Shown: piece after piece, positions 49,088 through 61,618 of the stretch
Layout: the number at the start of each line of letters is the position of its first letter
Numbering within the stretch: position 1 is the first letter of the stretch
Assembly (NCBI GenBank): GCA_950097015.1
Contig: CATNEN010000007.1
Coordinates: 13,144,001 to 13,208,000, forward strand
Origin: Macrostomum hystrix
Lineage: Eukaryota; Animalia; Platyhelminthes
Length of the DNA stretch: 64,000 bases
Direction: 5' to 3'
Program-made: the position numbers and the translations under genes
Notes under the pieces: model-generated
Databases searched by the model: none
Told to the model about the DNA's origin: nothing
Seen by the model: only the letters and a program-made list of their open reading frames with translations

Positions 49088-49485
49088 GTTCTTATTGCTG
49101 GCAATATTCGCTACACTTTACAAGTCCTATCTGGAAAATCTGCTTGTCTATTCGTATTTTCACTTGTCTGTTTTGGACCCATAAAACTTATTTTAGATAC
49201 TCCCTCAAAATAATAGCTCAGTGTGGCGGCCAGACAATACGCGACCGGCCAGCGCTAGCGCAGCTGCACTCCAAACCCCCCAACCTCAGTCTAGTTGAGG
49301 TAGGCTTTGTGCACCCAGCCAGCCGACTAGCTAAGCCGGGGGGTTATGCGAAGTGACGCCACTTTTTCGCACCTCTCTAGGCCCCTCTAACACCCTCTAT
49401 GTTCATATATAAATATACGCGCAACGCAGCCAACGATCTTCGCTGCCATTCCATCTCTTAAACAAAAAGCCTTCCGCTTTATGGT

Positions 49486-49665
49486 TGAGCCCGACGTGAG
49501 CCCGACGTGAGCCCGACGTGAGCCCGACGTGAGCTCGACGTGAGCCCGACGTGAGCCCGACGTGAGCCCGACGTGAGCTCGACGTGAGCTCGACGTGAGC
49601 CCGACGTGAGCCCGACGTGAGCCCGACGTGAGCTCGACGTGAGCCCGACGTGAGCCCGACGTGAG
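49486..49665. repeat. 11-bp CpG-rich minisatellite (16 copies)
   Basis: TGAGC(C/T)CGACG. Confidence 0.95.
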
Positions 49666-52600
49666 TCAACAAAGCTCGGTTTTCTTGCTGAAAGAATGAT
49701 CAACGAAAAGTTGGGAAGGCCCTGGGTGCTTGGACAAGCACAATAGGGTGTAGGCATTTGAGATCAATGAGCAATTCCATTGTTGGAATTGGGTCCATTG
49801 TTGGCCAGCGCATTTGAGCGCCTTCAAGAGACCGGGAAATCATCAATTTTGCCGAGGAAGCGGCTGCATCTGCCAGCCAAGCCTAGCGGAACTGCTGCCG
49901 AAGCGGGTGGCGCACACTTTGTAGAGAGATGACCTAGCGCTGGCCTAGAAAAATTATTCCCGAAAAGAAGGCCGCGGGCACTGATTTCCGGGCACTGGAA
50001 CAAAAAACGAAGCCAGAAGAGAAGCGCTGCGTCGATGATCAGGTGGCCATAGCCCCAAGTCCCTTCTCTACCTCCCCAGAGAAGCGAGAACCCTTGTGGG
50101 GGCGGGTGACTGGAAGAAAAAGGTAAAAGGGAAGGTGTATGGATGGTATGAGGCAAAACGAAGAGGGAAATTTCAGCAAGAGGAAGGAAGGAGCTGGAAG
50201 ACACGGCCGGCGGTGTGACAAGCTGCCCAGTTTCTTGAAGCAACCCGAGCATCGCGTGATTGCGTCACGTCACTCTGAGATCTAGAACGAGTTCTTAGCG
50301 CAGCAATAGGTAGCGGCTGATGTTGAATGGGGCTCTGGGTCATACTAATTGCAAGTGGATTATTCCAGACACCCAATACTCCTCTTACTCTTGGCAGAAC
50401 TAGCGGCTCAGCGAATTCTCGAGAGTTTCCATCGGTCAGGGGCGGAGTAGCGGAGAGCTAGCTCACCAAATAGTCGCTCGTAAATATTCTACAAAAGCAA
50501 GCAACTGCTCGGGCCTTGCATGGCGGGATCAGACAGCCCGAATCGCCTGGCTGACTCATCGAACCCTGCTGGCCTACACAGACCCAATGAATCCCTTCCA
50601 GCGATGATGCTGGAAATCTGCAAAAAGAAACTTTGGGACCCCAGTGCCGGGCGCACCTTGCTTCCCAGAGACTCCCGGGTGGAGGGATTAGTTCTGCGTT
50701 CCGCTGCACCAGAAATGCCAGCCATAAATCCCACCACGACGGAGCTTCAGGAATGCGCTTACAATCGCCCGGCATCCGATGTGACATTTCCAAGTTGCTG
50801 CGTGGTGGGGCCTAATCCTGGGATTAATCCCGTCCTTGTTGTGAGTATTCGTTGGGCGGGTGCAATTTAGGCGGGCTCGCAGCGGCGGAAATCTGGCCAA
50901 CCTGGCGGGAATTGCCTCGCTGCACCGTGTCCCGATAGCGTGAAAAAAACACGGAAAAACAGGGCACCACCCAGCTCCGTTTCATAAGGAGTAAAGTTTG
51001 CTGACATAACAAAAGTCTTCAGTTCCCACTGTTCGCATGTCCCAACAGTGGGGCAGCGGTCGCGGGTGGGCGCGGCAGGGATACAAGGGAGAGGACAGGG
51101 GGTCAAAAGAATGTCCTACCCTTCTATGGACTGCGATAAGGAAAGAGAGAATTTGTATGCAGAGAGAAGCCAGAATCCCACAAAAAGGACTAGAATGAGC
51201 TGATGGGGAGCTGCAGAGGACTCAAGGAACAGAGCGAGATGAAGAACAAGGGAGGCCGCGGTCACCCACCCCCACTGCGATTCCCATTCAAATGCAACAT
51301 GCACTGCGCATGGCGATGGAGATGGGGAAAATAAGCGGCACCCACTCGAGACCACAAGTGCACACGGCGAGTCTGCGAATCTCCCCGGCTAAGAAATCGT
51401 AGAGCTCGAGAAGACAGCCCAATATCGCTCAAAGGGATTTATCCCCTGATCCTTTATCCAGCTCCAAATCCTCTCGTGCACACCTCACTCTTCTCTTTGT
51501 GCGGTCAGGGGTGGACAGGTGCCAGAGGCAAACCTTGCTGCTACGGTTGGCACTGAATTCGCTCGAAACAAAAATTTTCTCGCCTTTGTTGCATCTGTCG
51601 AGCGCTGGTGTTCCTCGCAATGAGGATATCGTCAGCTCAGTCGAAATGCCAGCCCATCGATATTTAAAGGCTGGTGAGATAGACCCGATGGGATCGTATG
51701 GAGATCAGACCTACTTTTTAGGCCGAGCTCAGTTGAGGCGGAAAATGCAGTGGCAATATTTTCCGCCCAAAGGAGGGAGCAAGAGGGGTTGGGTGTCGGG
51801 AAGGCTTCTGCAGACCAGATGAAGGCCTCATAAACCTGCCAGGCGAATCCCACTCTTCTGTCCACACCTAAATGACCTGCGAGCGGTGGCTCAATAAATT
51901 TCCCCGCCTCACGGTTAGGGTTCGGGTGACCGCTACTTTCTGATCCTCTAGCCCTCTCTGTTCCTCTGAGAAATACCGGCTAGAGCCTGAAGCTGTTGCG
52001 CCAGGCCAGGCCAGGCCTTAAAGTCAAATCATTCGCTCAACCCAGCTCAAATTTTTATTCTGCTACTCTTGGCTGTCTGTATGATCTCAATGCGCCTTAC
52101 CAGCCTCTCTACTTCTCAGTCCATCACTATCCCATACGCGCTCACCTTCTCTCAAGATCTCTTGCCGCCATACCGGGTCTCTGACGCCTTCTTTCTACCA
52201 GTTCTGTCATCTGCGATCTTTCATTTGATCTGCGTCGCAAAGCTGTTAATAGGCAAACAGCAGTTTCACTGGCATGCAGCTTCTAGCTTTTGGCACATCT
52301 CCCTCTAGCCTACTCAGCGCCCGCGTCTGGGCAGCTCGCATCCCCGGAATCTCGCCACACTCTCGCCACGTTCCTGCATTCCGATGAGTTCCGCCGCTTC
52401 CTTAGGCAAAGAGAATTTCTACCGGGCCTGGACTTCCATTGTGCGCGGCTTCGGGGGAAAATCTAAAGGCATTCTATTCTATCTCAAGGAAGCAATTCGA
52501 AGCAAATTGCAGATGAATGGGAGGCGGAGGCGGAATCTCAGCCACGGCTCCATGATGACACGGTTGTGAGACTGGCCCAGTTAAATGCCGTGAAACTGGA

Positions 52601-55600
52601 GACCCAGAGTGGTAGGGTAATCTTTGAGAATGGGCCCTCAACGGCCCAATCTAGCCTGCAGTCGGCGCTTTTAAAGGCAGCACAAGAAGAATATGAGCGA
52701 CAAGCTGAAGGGATACGAGAATTTAAGTTCCTCTGGCAGAGCAAAAGGACAAACCATCATGGAAAAGTGGGGGTGCAGGAAAAATGGACACCCTTATTTT
52801 GGGACCAATGGAACAGAGGGATTGCTGGAACAACGGACACGCTCGAATGGGACCTACGGAACAGAGGGGCTAGAACTCCCTCAATTTAGGACCTGTAGAA
52901 CACTAAACACTTGGAACTTGGTCGGCACAGGCAAAGCAGCGTTTTTGCTTCCCTTTTGCCTCGACCCGGCTTTGAGGGGGAGCTGTCGCTTCGGCTTCGC
53001 CTTCGCTGACCAGAGGAAGAATGAAAATGTGTCAGGGTAGAGCGACAAGCAGAGTTACATGCTGTTTAGAAGCTGGGTAAGGCTGCAGAAATTAGGCAGT
53101 GAAGAGGAAAACTTGACAGAAGGAGCTGTTAAAAGATATTGTTAATAGAGCATCATAAGCAGCAGCAGCAGCACAGCTGCAGTTATCGATAAGGACAGCT
53201 AGTCTATCATGTTGTGTACCGATTGGGAGTCGGAGATCCCAGCACTGATGTGACAGGCGAAGGCAGGTTTGGGTCCATTGCTGCCACGTTTTCGCGGCGG
53301 ACCTGAGCTATCTGGAACTAGGCCTTGCCTTAGAACCAGACTGGCCAAGTGCAGCAACCACCTCCCGCTCTTCGAGAGGGAGGTCGGGACTGAGAGCCAA
53401 CTCCCCGGTTCATCCCAGCCGGAACAAAACAACAATAACAACAGCAAGGCAGTTTGGCCCGGCCAGTCTTACCTTAAGAAGAAGAAGTGGTCGCTCGTTT
53501 GCTTAGATGGCGGCTCGCATGGCGCTAGGCCGGATGGTCGTGTGAGTCTGAGGGGGGGAAGGGGAAAACTTTGAGGCAGATAATTAAATAGCAGAGCGAA
53601 TCTGTGGTCTTCGATTGCTCGGATTTCACTGTGTGCAAAGCTCGTACCCGCCTGGCCTGGGGATGGAGCGGAGGCTTGTTTTTTGGGTTTGTAGGAGGGG
53701 ATTCCGTCCCAATGCCTTTTCTATTATACCCAGGCAAGCTCTCTTTCCTCTTCCTTTCACTTGGGCTGGCCAATAGCGAGCGGCCTAGTCAGAGGAGAGT
53801 TAAACCAGTTGAGGAGAGTTCGCGAGTTTAGGGGCAGCTCGCAGTGTTATTAATATCGAGCTATTAAGCAGCGGGTGGCAGTTTGCAGGCCTGGGCCCGG
53901 CCCAACAATTAGCAGGATTGGCAGAGGGGTATCCTGCATTCAAGCCAGTCCCACCTGAATGCATTTTTGCAAAGTTATTCTGATGCCCTCGCTTAGCAGA
54001 CGTTGGAATTTCGCCAGCCAAATTACGCAACCTGCAGTCTGGAGAAACTCCAGCTGTTGTGATGCGGTGCTAACCCAGTATTACCCTTTGCCGTTGCTAG
54101 GAAGCCCGGAGATGGCCCATTGGTGAATGCCCGTCCAAACAGTCGTCAGGCAGTCTTATTTTGAGGTTGATGCGCCGATCAGGTAAGAGATAAGATTGTC
54201 ATGTGAAAGTCACAGTGAAACATCACTTAAACTTACAGCAAAAACTAGGCCTTATTGAGACACCTAATCCATTCTAAATTGGGCATTCGCTCAAGAACAA
54301 GCAAACCCTAACACATTGAGCTGGGTAAATCGGAAATTGGAGCCGAAGCTGCCGCTGAAGTCTAAATTCATTAAACCAGTGCTCATGGAACTAAACTACA
54401 ATGACCATGAGCGCTTGGCAATTGCGAGCTCGAGAGCACCCAAAGATTGCTTTGCAGATTTTTTGTGCCTCGGAAGAGAATGATCCTATTCTTGTTTGCC
54501 TTCCTATTCTCTGAAATCCAAGTGAAGGCGGGCGAACAGCTGGTCCCGATCTCTGCCTCTGGCTGGCCTTTTCACCTGCCGTTTGTATATTACGAGATCG
54601 GCATAGCAACAAGACCGGTGGCTGGTTTGTTTTCGGATGGGGGCGGGTGAAAATAGCAGGACCCAGTCGGGGAGTTGCAGTTAGTGTAAGCCCACCTGGT
54701 AAGGCGACAAGGGTGGCGGTTCGCTAAACGCAGCGCGGCTCGATCCTCTGCCGCGGATTTGTTTACCTCCGGCTCGGCACAGCCCGATTAAAAAAACATT
54801 AGTCAGTGAGTGAGGCCCAGTGAGGGCTGCTGTGTGTAGCTGCCTGCCTGCTACAATCAGGGCAAAGCACTGCCACGGAATTTCAGCTACAGCTATTTTG
54901 CGGGGTGCCTTACATGCACGCTGTGAGTTATCAGCGAGTATTGCATTTTTCCTGCCTTGTTTATAAATGTGCGAGAATTTAGTGACTCCGTTTTGATACA
55001 GCCTGAGATGCAGGGCGACCAGCTACTTACCCGAGATAGCCGAGTTAGCGCAGTAAAGACAGGTGGATCTGTTCCCGCGTCCGATTCACTTTTAATATAG
55101 CAGGTAATTGAGCTTTTTGCCAAATAATGAAAGGGCTCGCACCAATACGGTGTGCCAAACTTGCAGCGTTTTAAGACTTTTATTTATGACCACAACTCGG
55201 TCAAGTCGGTTGTTAGTTGAGGAAAGGCTATCTTTTCGAGAGTGCCGCTACTGTTGTTTTTTGCTCAGTAAAGATTCTGCACTTTTAATTCCGCCGTTCC
55301 ACAGAGCGCAGAATATTTCTATGGCTCAACCCAAGGCTCCTCCATGCTTTAAAAACTATACGTGCAGCAGCAACCAAAGTTTCTTCAAAATTGTAATTAC
55401 GAGTATATCACTCTCTTTTTGTTTGACCATCGACGTCAGACGATTGAAAAAATATTGTATTCATAATGACATTAATAAACAATTATCATAAGAAAATTGT
55501 GGCGTAATATTTTAACTGGTTGGCCTTTTGAACCGAAATTCGCTTGACCGATTTGTTTTGTATTTACACTGAATCGGTCAACAATTAACCGTGTTCTTAA

Positions 55601-55789
55601 CTTTGCAACAAATGTACGCTATATAAATGGATTGGATTGCAATTTTCCTTGTGCAATCGTCATCCTAGTTCAATAGAGCCCTCACTCGACTGCTGTACTT
55701 GCGGCATCCGTCATCGCCACCCGTCAAGAGGTGAGAATTGGTCATCGAAGCAGAGCTGCTCCTTCATTTCCAGCATTGAAGGAGTTTCT

Positions 55790-56050
55790 AACTTTCTGCC
55801 TGAGCTGCTTATCCCCGTCAGCTCTGTGAGTACCGTTCTCCACGAACACTTGGAAACAATGGCTTTGGCCGACAGCTCAGTACTGTCAATATGCAATTGA
55901 AACCGCTGAACGGGCTCCCACATTGAGACTCTCACGGAGGACCTCTGGAGCAGCTGCCGCTCTGAATCAGGCCCGACAAGCTCTCTCTAATTTGGGGATG
56001 AATTATTCAGCCACACGAATGACCGGGACTTTACGGCGTCCCACGGGCAC
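55790..56050 (+). mobile_element. Possible highly decayed mariner transposase fragment
   Basis: ELLIPVSSVSTVLHEHL resembles the mariner second HTH (LGISxGSVxxILHEHL). ARQALSNLG followed by frameshifted ELFSH..DL resembles the region before YSPDLAP. By-eye similarity only. Confidence 0.3.
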
Positions 56051-57264
56051 GTGGTGCTCGGCGAGCAGCCGGGGGACGCTTCATATAATGTGCCCTTTGA
56101 TGTCGCAAGAAGGCGTCAAGGAGTAAAGGACAAACAAGCAACTGTGCCTCGCTTCCAGCTTCCTTATTTGCTGCGATCTTGGCAGAAGTCAAAAACAATT
56201 TGAGATGGAAAATACCAACTTGAAGAACAACTTCACTGTCCCAGTGGAGACAAGAGACCTGCTGAATAAAAGCGCAGCAAAGAAATATGAGACGCAAATG
56301 TGAACTCCAGCAGAACGGTCAGCATCAGCCAATTAGAACCTTTATTACAAGCGAATGCATGTGGTAATAATTCACAAACACTGCTGCTGTTGCTCCTGAC
56401 CATCAAAATGAGCTGCAGTTTTAATCCCACTCCAGGAAACCAGGGATTTCTTACCTCAGAGCAATAGGTATTGCTCTAAGAGATTGTCTCCATAGGAACA
56501 CTTAGGCCAATGCAACATGGTCCACCGAGTGACTGCTGCGAATGTGAGTCAAGGGCGCATAGTTGCAAAGACAGTGAGCAGCTGTTTGCTTTTTCTTTGT
56601 TTACTAGCCGCCCCTGCATTATTTGAGGCTCCAAATAATGCAGGTCCGCTTTTTAATTTTCGCCTCTCAAGCGCCTTTTTCCGATTGCGCAACACTTTTT
56701 CCAAGCCCGCCTTCTGCAGAAAATGGCGGCCGCATTAAATTAAAGACTTTAAAGAAGACTCGACCAACCTTCGAACAGCCGCTCGAGCAGCACAGCCTCA
56801 CCCACACCGCAGCCTCATGCTAAAGACGATTTTTAACACGAAGCAAATTGCTCTCCTGACAGGAACAGCCAGGAACTCTCGTTGCCCACTCCTACCACCA
56901 TGTCCTCGGGCGACCTTTCTCCACTTCTTTCACTCCTTCAGTCTCAAAATGAGTTAAGGGCCAGAGGACGGAGCGACAGGGCGAAGGCGCTTGAGAGAGG
57001 CTGCAGAACTCAGTATTCCTTAATTTTTCAAGACTTGTGCAAGAAATTAATTATCGTTTAATAATTCAATTGCCACCCGACTGCGCGGACAGTTCTGGCC
57101 GAGCAGATGATGAAAAGGTAATGATGCTGAGGACGCGGAAAAGACTGCGCTCGGTATGGGGCTCCATTTGCCAGCTGCCCTCAACAAAAGTGCAAGCAGG
57201 GAGATAAAATTTTACTGGAGAGCTCAGAAAGTCGACCGACCAAAGACACGACATTAAGGACAGG

Positions 57265-57740
57265 CAGAGCAATGACTGAAACAGGCAGAGCAATGCATGA
57301 GTCAGGCAATAAAATGCATGAGACACACAGAGCAATGAGTGAGAAAAGCAGTGCGATGAGTGAGACAGACAAAGCAATGAATTAGACAGACAAAGCAATG
57401 AATTAGACAGACAAAGCAATGAATTAGACAGACAAAGCAATGAATTAGACAGACAAAGCAATGAATTAGACAGACAAAGCAATGAATTAGACAGACAAAG
57501 CAATGAATTAGACAGACAAAGCAATGAATTAGACAGACAAAGCAATGAATTAGACAGACAAAGCAATGAATTAGACAGACAAAGCAATGAATTAGACAGA
57601 CAAAGCAATGAATTAGACAGACAAAGCAATGAATTAGACAGACAAAGCAATGAATTAGACAGACAAAGCAATTAATTAGACAGACAAAGCAATGAATTAG
57701 ACAGACAAAGCAATTAATTAGACAGGCTGTGCAATGAGTG
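57265..57740. repeat. 21-bp minisatellite with degenerate flanks
   Basis: GCAATGAATTAGACAGACAAA x~17 plus decayed copies. Confidence 0.95.
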
Positions 57741-60700
57741 AAAGAAGCAGAGAATTTTGTGTGACAGGCAGAGATATTCGTGATCGGTATGACCTAATAG
57801 TGCTCTCTATTGTTGATTGAAAGCAGCCCGAGAAGCGCTGCAAGTGAATCGATGACAATGGTGCACACCACTGCAGATTCGAGCTCAAAACGTATGGCTT
57901 TCCTTCCTTCCGAGCTAAGAGCTGGTCCATTCATTGTCTGGGAATTCCAAGAGCTTCGGGCCAGTCCGCACCTCCTGATGATTCCAGCAGCCATGGCCCT
58001 CGGGATACGAGGCGGAGCAGCTACAATTGTCGCAATTAGTCACGCCAGAGGATCAACCCTCCCCAGCCACTGCTGCACTTCGGTTCTCTCCATTCATCAA
58101 AAATGTCCCCGACAACAGCGCAGAGATTGAGGAGAACTAGCGGGCCTGTTTCTCGCTTCACTTCCTGCCCACTTGAAATTATCTTTGCCAAGCCAGCGGT
58201 AAGGGATCGGCGGACCTTTCATCTGGACTTCCTCGATTTCGTTTTAGTTTACAACATTTTTCCGCAGTCGCCCCAACAGCGACCGGGGTCGCGCAGGCAG
58301 CAAGAAAAAGCTGGAAGCTAGCCTCATCTCCTGTCCGTTGTTGGTGCGGAGGCGACCCGCAGTTTTTTGTTGATGCAGTGGATACTGCAAGGGTCCGACT
58401 GGGCACTTCAATTTTTAGGGCAAAGCTAGCGATGCAGACAGAAAGGCCAAAAAATTGCCGTTTGTCCTGAGAAAAACGATTTAGCTAAACTGAAACGGCT
58501 TGGGACAGGACGATGTTTGCGCTCGCAGCTGAAAGAGAGAATTACCAGACTGACAGGCAAAGCATGGAAGCTGCACTGTGCCTTAGGGCCATAGTACGAG
58601 CTAGTTGGAGTCGGGCTCCACCATGTCCGTGGCCATCATTGCGGGCCGATGAGGCAGACAAAAATTGTAGCCTTCGCTCGCCTGCATTGCTGATTCCCAC
58701 CGGGTTGCCCTTGCGCTTAATCAGTGACAATCGGCGATCAATTTAGGGATTTCAGGGAGGGGAGTCAGCGGCGTAACTCACGGCGATCTGCTTTATCTCC
58801 TGGCCCATGCAGACCTGCATGCATTGAAATCCTGCGCAGTCTATCAGGCTGGGGACAGAAAGTACAGAAAGGATCCCGCAGGGATGCTGCATGTCACGCA
58901 GATGCAGCTTGCTGATTTCCCCCAGATGGCCTGACTCTGAGACAAACTGTGGTTGCTTACGTTTTTTATCGTTGCTGGGCATCGCTAGAAAGTGGCGGCC
59001 GAGGAAGGGGTTGTCTTCTCTAGGCAGGGGATCCAACAGGCGCAAATAATTTTTTTCAGCGACTGAGAGGGTCCACAAGGCAGCTAGATGGCAGAGGCGG
59101 CACTGGTTACGCTCTGAGGTTCTACTTCTAACTGGCCTAAACACGAGTGCAAGAAAAAAACTTACAAGCTTCCGACCGATTCAGGAACTGTAAACTTTGT
59201 CCCCCGCCTCTGGCGGCTCCACCTCGCTTGTCATTCCGTTCAGTCGCTTGCGATCCCCTGTCAGCTTCGGTCTGACAGGGGATCGGCATTCAAGGGGCTT
59301 CCGTAATGTGACTGCCAATTATTCCTGCATCTGCACACAAGTCTGTAGTGCTTTAAGTTGGGAGGGAAGCAAGAAGTTCATGAAGCAATCAGAGTGCCTC
59401 ACCAATCATAAAGATGAACGCACTGCACATTGTTTCTGCCGGTGGGGGAGTCGCTCCCCCAATCTGCCTCATCAGCGTCAGATTAATTTTCCCGCTTTGC
59501 TCTTTCCGGCTTCAGAAAATTAGCGTTGCTTTCGTGTGCGCTGAAAGCCCCTCCAGGACCCCGTAGCTTACCCGCACGCGGTTTTGTTGGCGCAATAATT
59601 TCTAGAAGCTCTCCGAAATAATTTATAATTTATAATATATAATTTGCGTACTGAACTATTGGCCGCAAGTACTTGTGGGACTCCTATTACTGGCGGCAGA
59701 ACATACGATCGTAGATTGCATGCAGTTATTCTTTTTATATAATGAATGATTACTATTTTGTGAAGCATAAAGAAGCAAAAAGAAATATTGGGTGCTATAG
59801 ATCGCCGTTTGAATATTTTTTATCACTCATCGCGAACAAATAAATTCGTAATTGCTTCAACGATGCAATGTGTTTTAAATAATACTAGCCAAGCCAAAAT
59901 GAATAAGCTTAGCATGAGATGTTGCTGAGAGTTGGACTAGTTTTCGATTATAGATATTTGAGTTTATAAATTTGAAAACATCTAAGCAAATCTTCTAATT
60001 TGTTCGCAATTCTGCAGTACTTGAACGAACTTGTCAAAAAGAATAGCTTCATTCTTGTCTGGATTTGTACTCGATCCTCTAGGAACCGAGCCGCACGAAT
60101 TGCTCCGTGTTTAGCCTTTGGGATCACATTTCCTGCGCCTGGCCCCCTGACCCGGGCTCAGAGACGGCTGGGTTCATTCCCCTGCCACCTCCTCCAGCTC
60201 AGCTCGATTTTGAGGCCGTGAGAAGCTGTCAGATCCATGCAAGGGTGGCGCGATGAGTGAGCGAGCCACTGCGCGCTGTGTTTGCAGTTCATGTTGAAAA
60301 TCACAGCGGGTCGCCCAGCCTCGATTTCGCTAGTGTCCAAGGCAGTGGAACGCGCCTAAACATTCGCCCCTTGAGAGCCCTTGTGTCCCCCCCACTCGGC
60401 TGCAGATTGTTGTCAGAGGAGCGGGGAGAGAAACTGGAGGATCAAGATCTTGAGCTCAGGAAATTGGCTACCGTCCCGTCAGCAGATCGGAATTAAGCAG
60501 GCAGTTTTCATTAGATGCATTTTTAATGCTCGCCTCGAGCTCACTGTCCGCTCAATCCTCTCATGAAAAGACGAGGCCAACTTTCAAACACACAGCGACT
60601 GTGAGGAACTTCAGATTTACGACAATATTTTTTCGACGCTCAAGAGGATGGGACTCAAGTAATATGTCAAAGCTCTCTACATCACAGGTGCCTGCGTCAA

Positions 60701-61564
60701 CAAATGCTGCTCGGCGCCCGCCCGGGAGAGATATTATCAAGGAATTCGATGCTCATTTCTTATCTTGCTCAGAACGGTTTAATATGATGAGAGTTTGAGC
60801 AGCAGGAGTGTGAGGCTAAGGCCCCTAAAAGCGCAATGAATCAGCTCGAGCCCACTAGGAAGAGTCCCAAAACCAGGGCTCACGGTGTCAGCCGCCGGTC
60901 CCTTCCGACAGCATTTCTTGCCGCTCGCGCCCACTAACCGTAGGGCTGACGCAATCCGATACAGGTTGTCCTGCATGAGGGCCGTGAGCCCTCACGGATC
61001 CCTGCGGCTTCGCTACATCCTTTCTCTCGCTGGACTCCCAGTTCCTCACTTTACAGATCCCATTGAGGGACAGCAGAGCCGGGTCAGAAGTTCGAAGACA
61101 TTTTGAGTTCGAGCATTATACTGTGTTATCTAAAGCTAAAAATGAGTGTCCGGGGGATTCAAAATAAAAACAAGCTGTGCTGGAAGAATCGCGGCTGGAA
61201 TTGCCTTTTCTTTGCAACTTCTCAGCCGCTTTGCGTGGTTTTACAATTAACCAATTTCAATGAGCTAAGGTTCCAAGATGTCTATTGAAACATTGAAACA
61301 TTGAAAGGTATTGAAACCTCTGTTTGATATCCGAATGTATCCTAAATAAATAATTTCAGGTGAGAAATTCAAGCCGGCTGTATCCATTTTCCTTTTCATC
61401 ACCGGCTTCTATCGAGTGTTGGCCAAAGGGTTCGCCAAATATACACCACAAATTCTATGCTCTGTTAGCTAACTACGAGTACATGCCTTACTGTTGACAA
61501 GAATCTGTTACTTATTGTGTACTGAGATTTGCGTACTACATACGAGCGTAACGTATTTCCTCAG

Positions 61565-61618
61565 AACTGTACCAAGGACTACTAAACAACATGTTGTTTA
61601 GTAGTCCTTGAACTGTAC
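61565..61618. mobile_element. 38-bp perfect palindrome flanked by an 8-bp direct repeat (DNA transposon footprint, P-like)
   Basis: AACTGTAC-CAAGGACTACTAAACAACA|TGTTGTTTAGTAGTCCTTG-AACTGTAC. Confidence 0.8.

Noticed and set aside
47450-49356. (MLTATQLPASHE)n ORFs
   Set aside because: 36-bp array broken by 34-bp units that shift frame; no splice or domain support.
52384-53040. Protein-looking plus-strand ORFs (e.g. 52566-52889)
   Set aside because: No recognisable motif and no convincing splice sites or partner exons.
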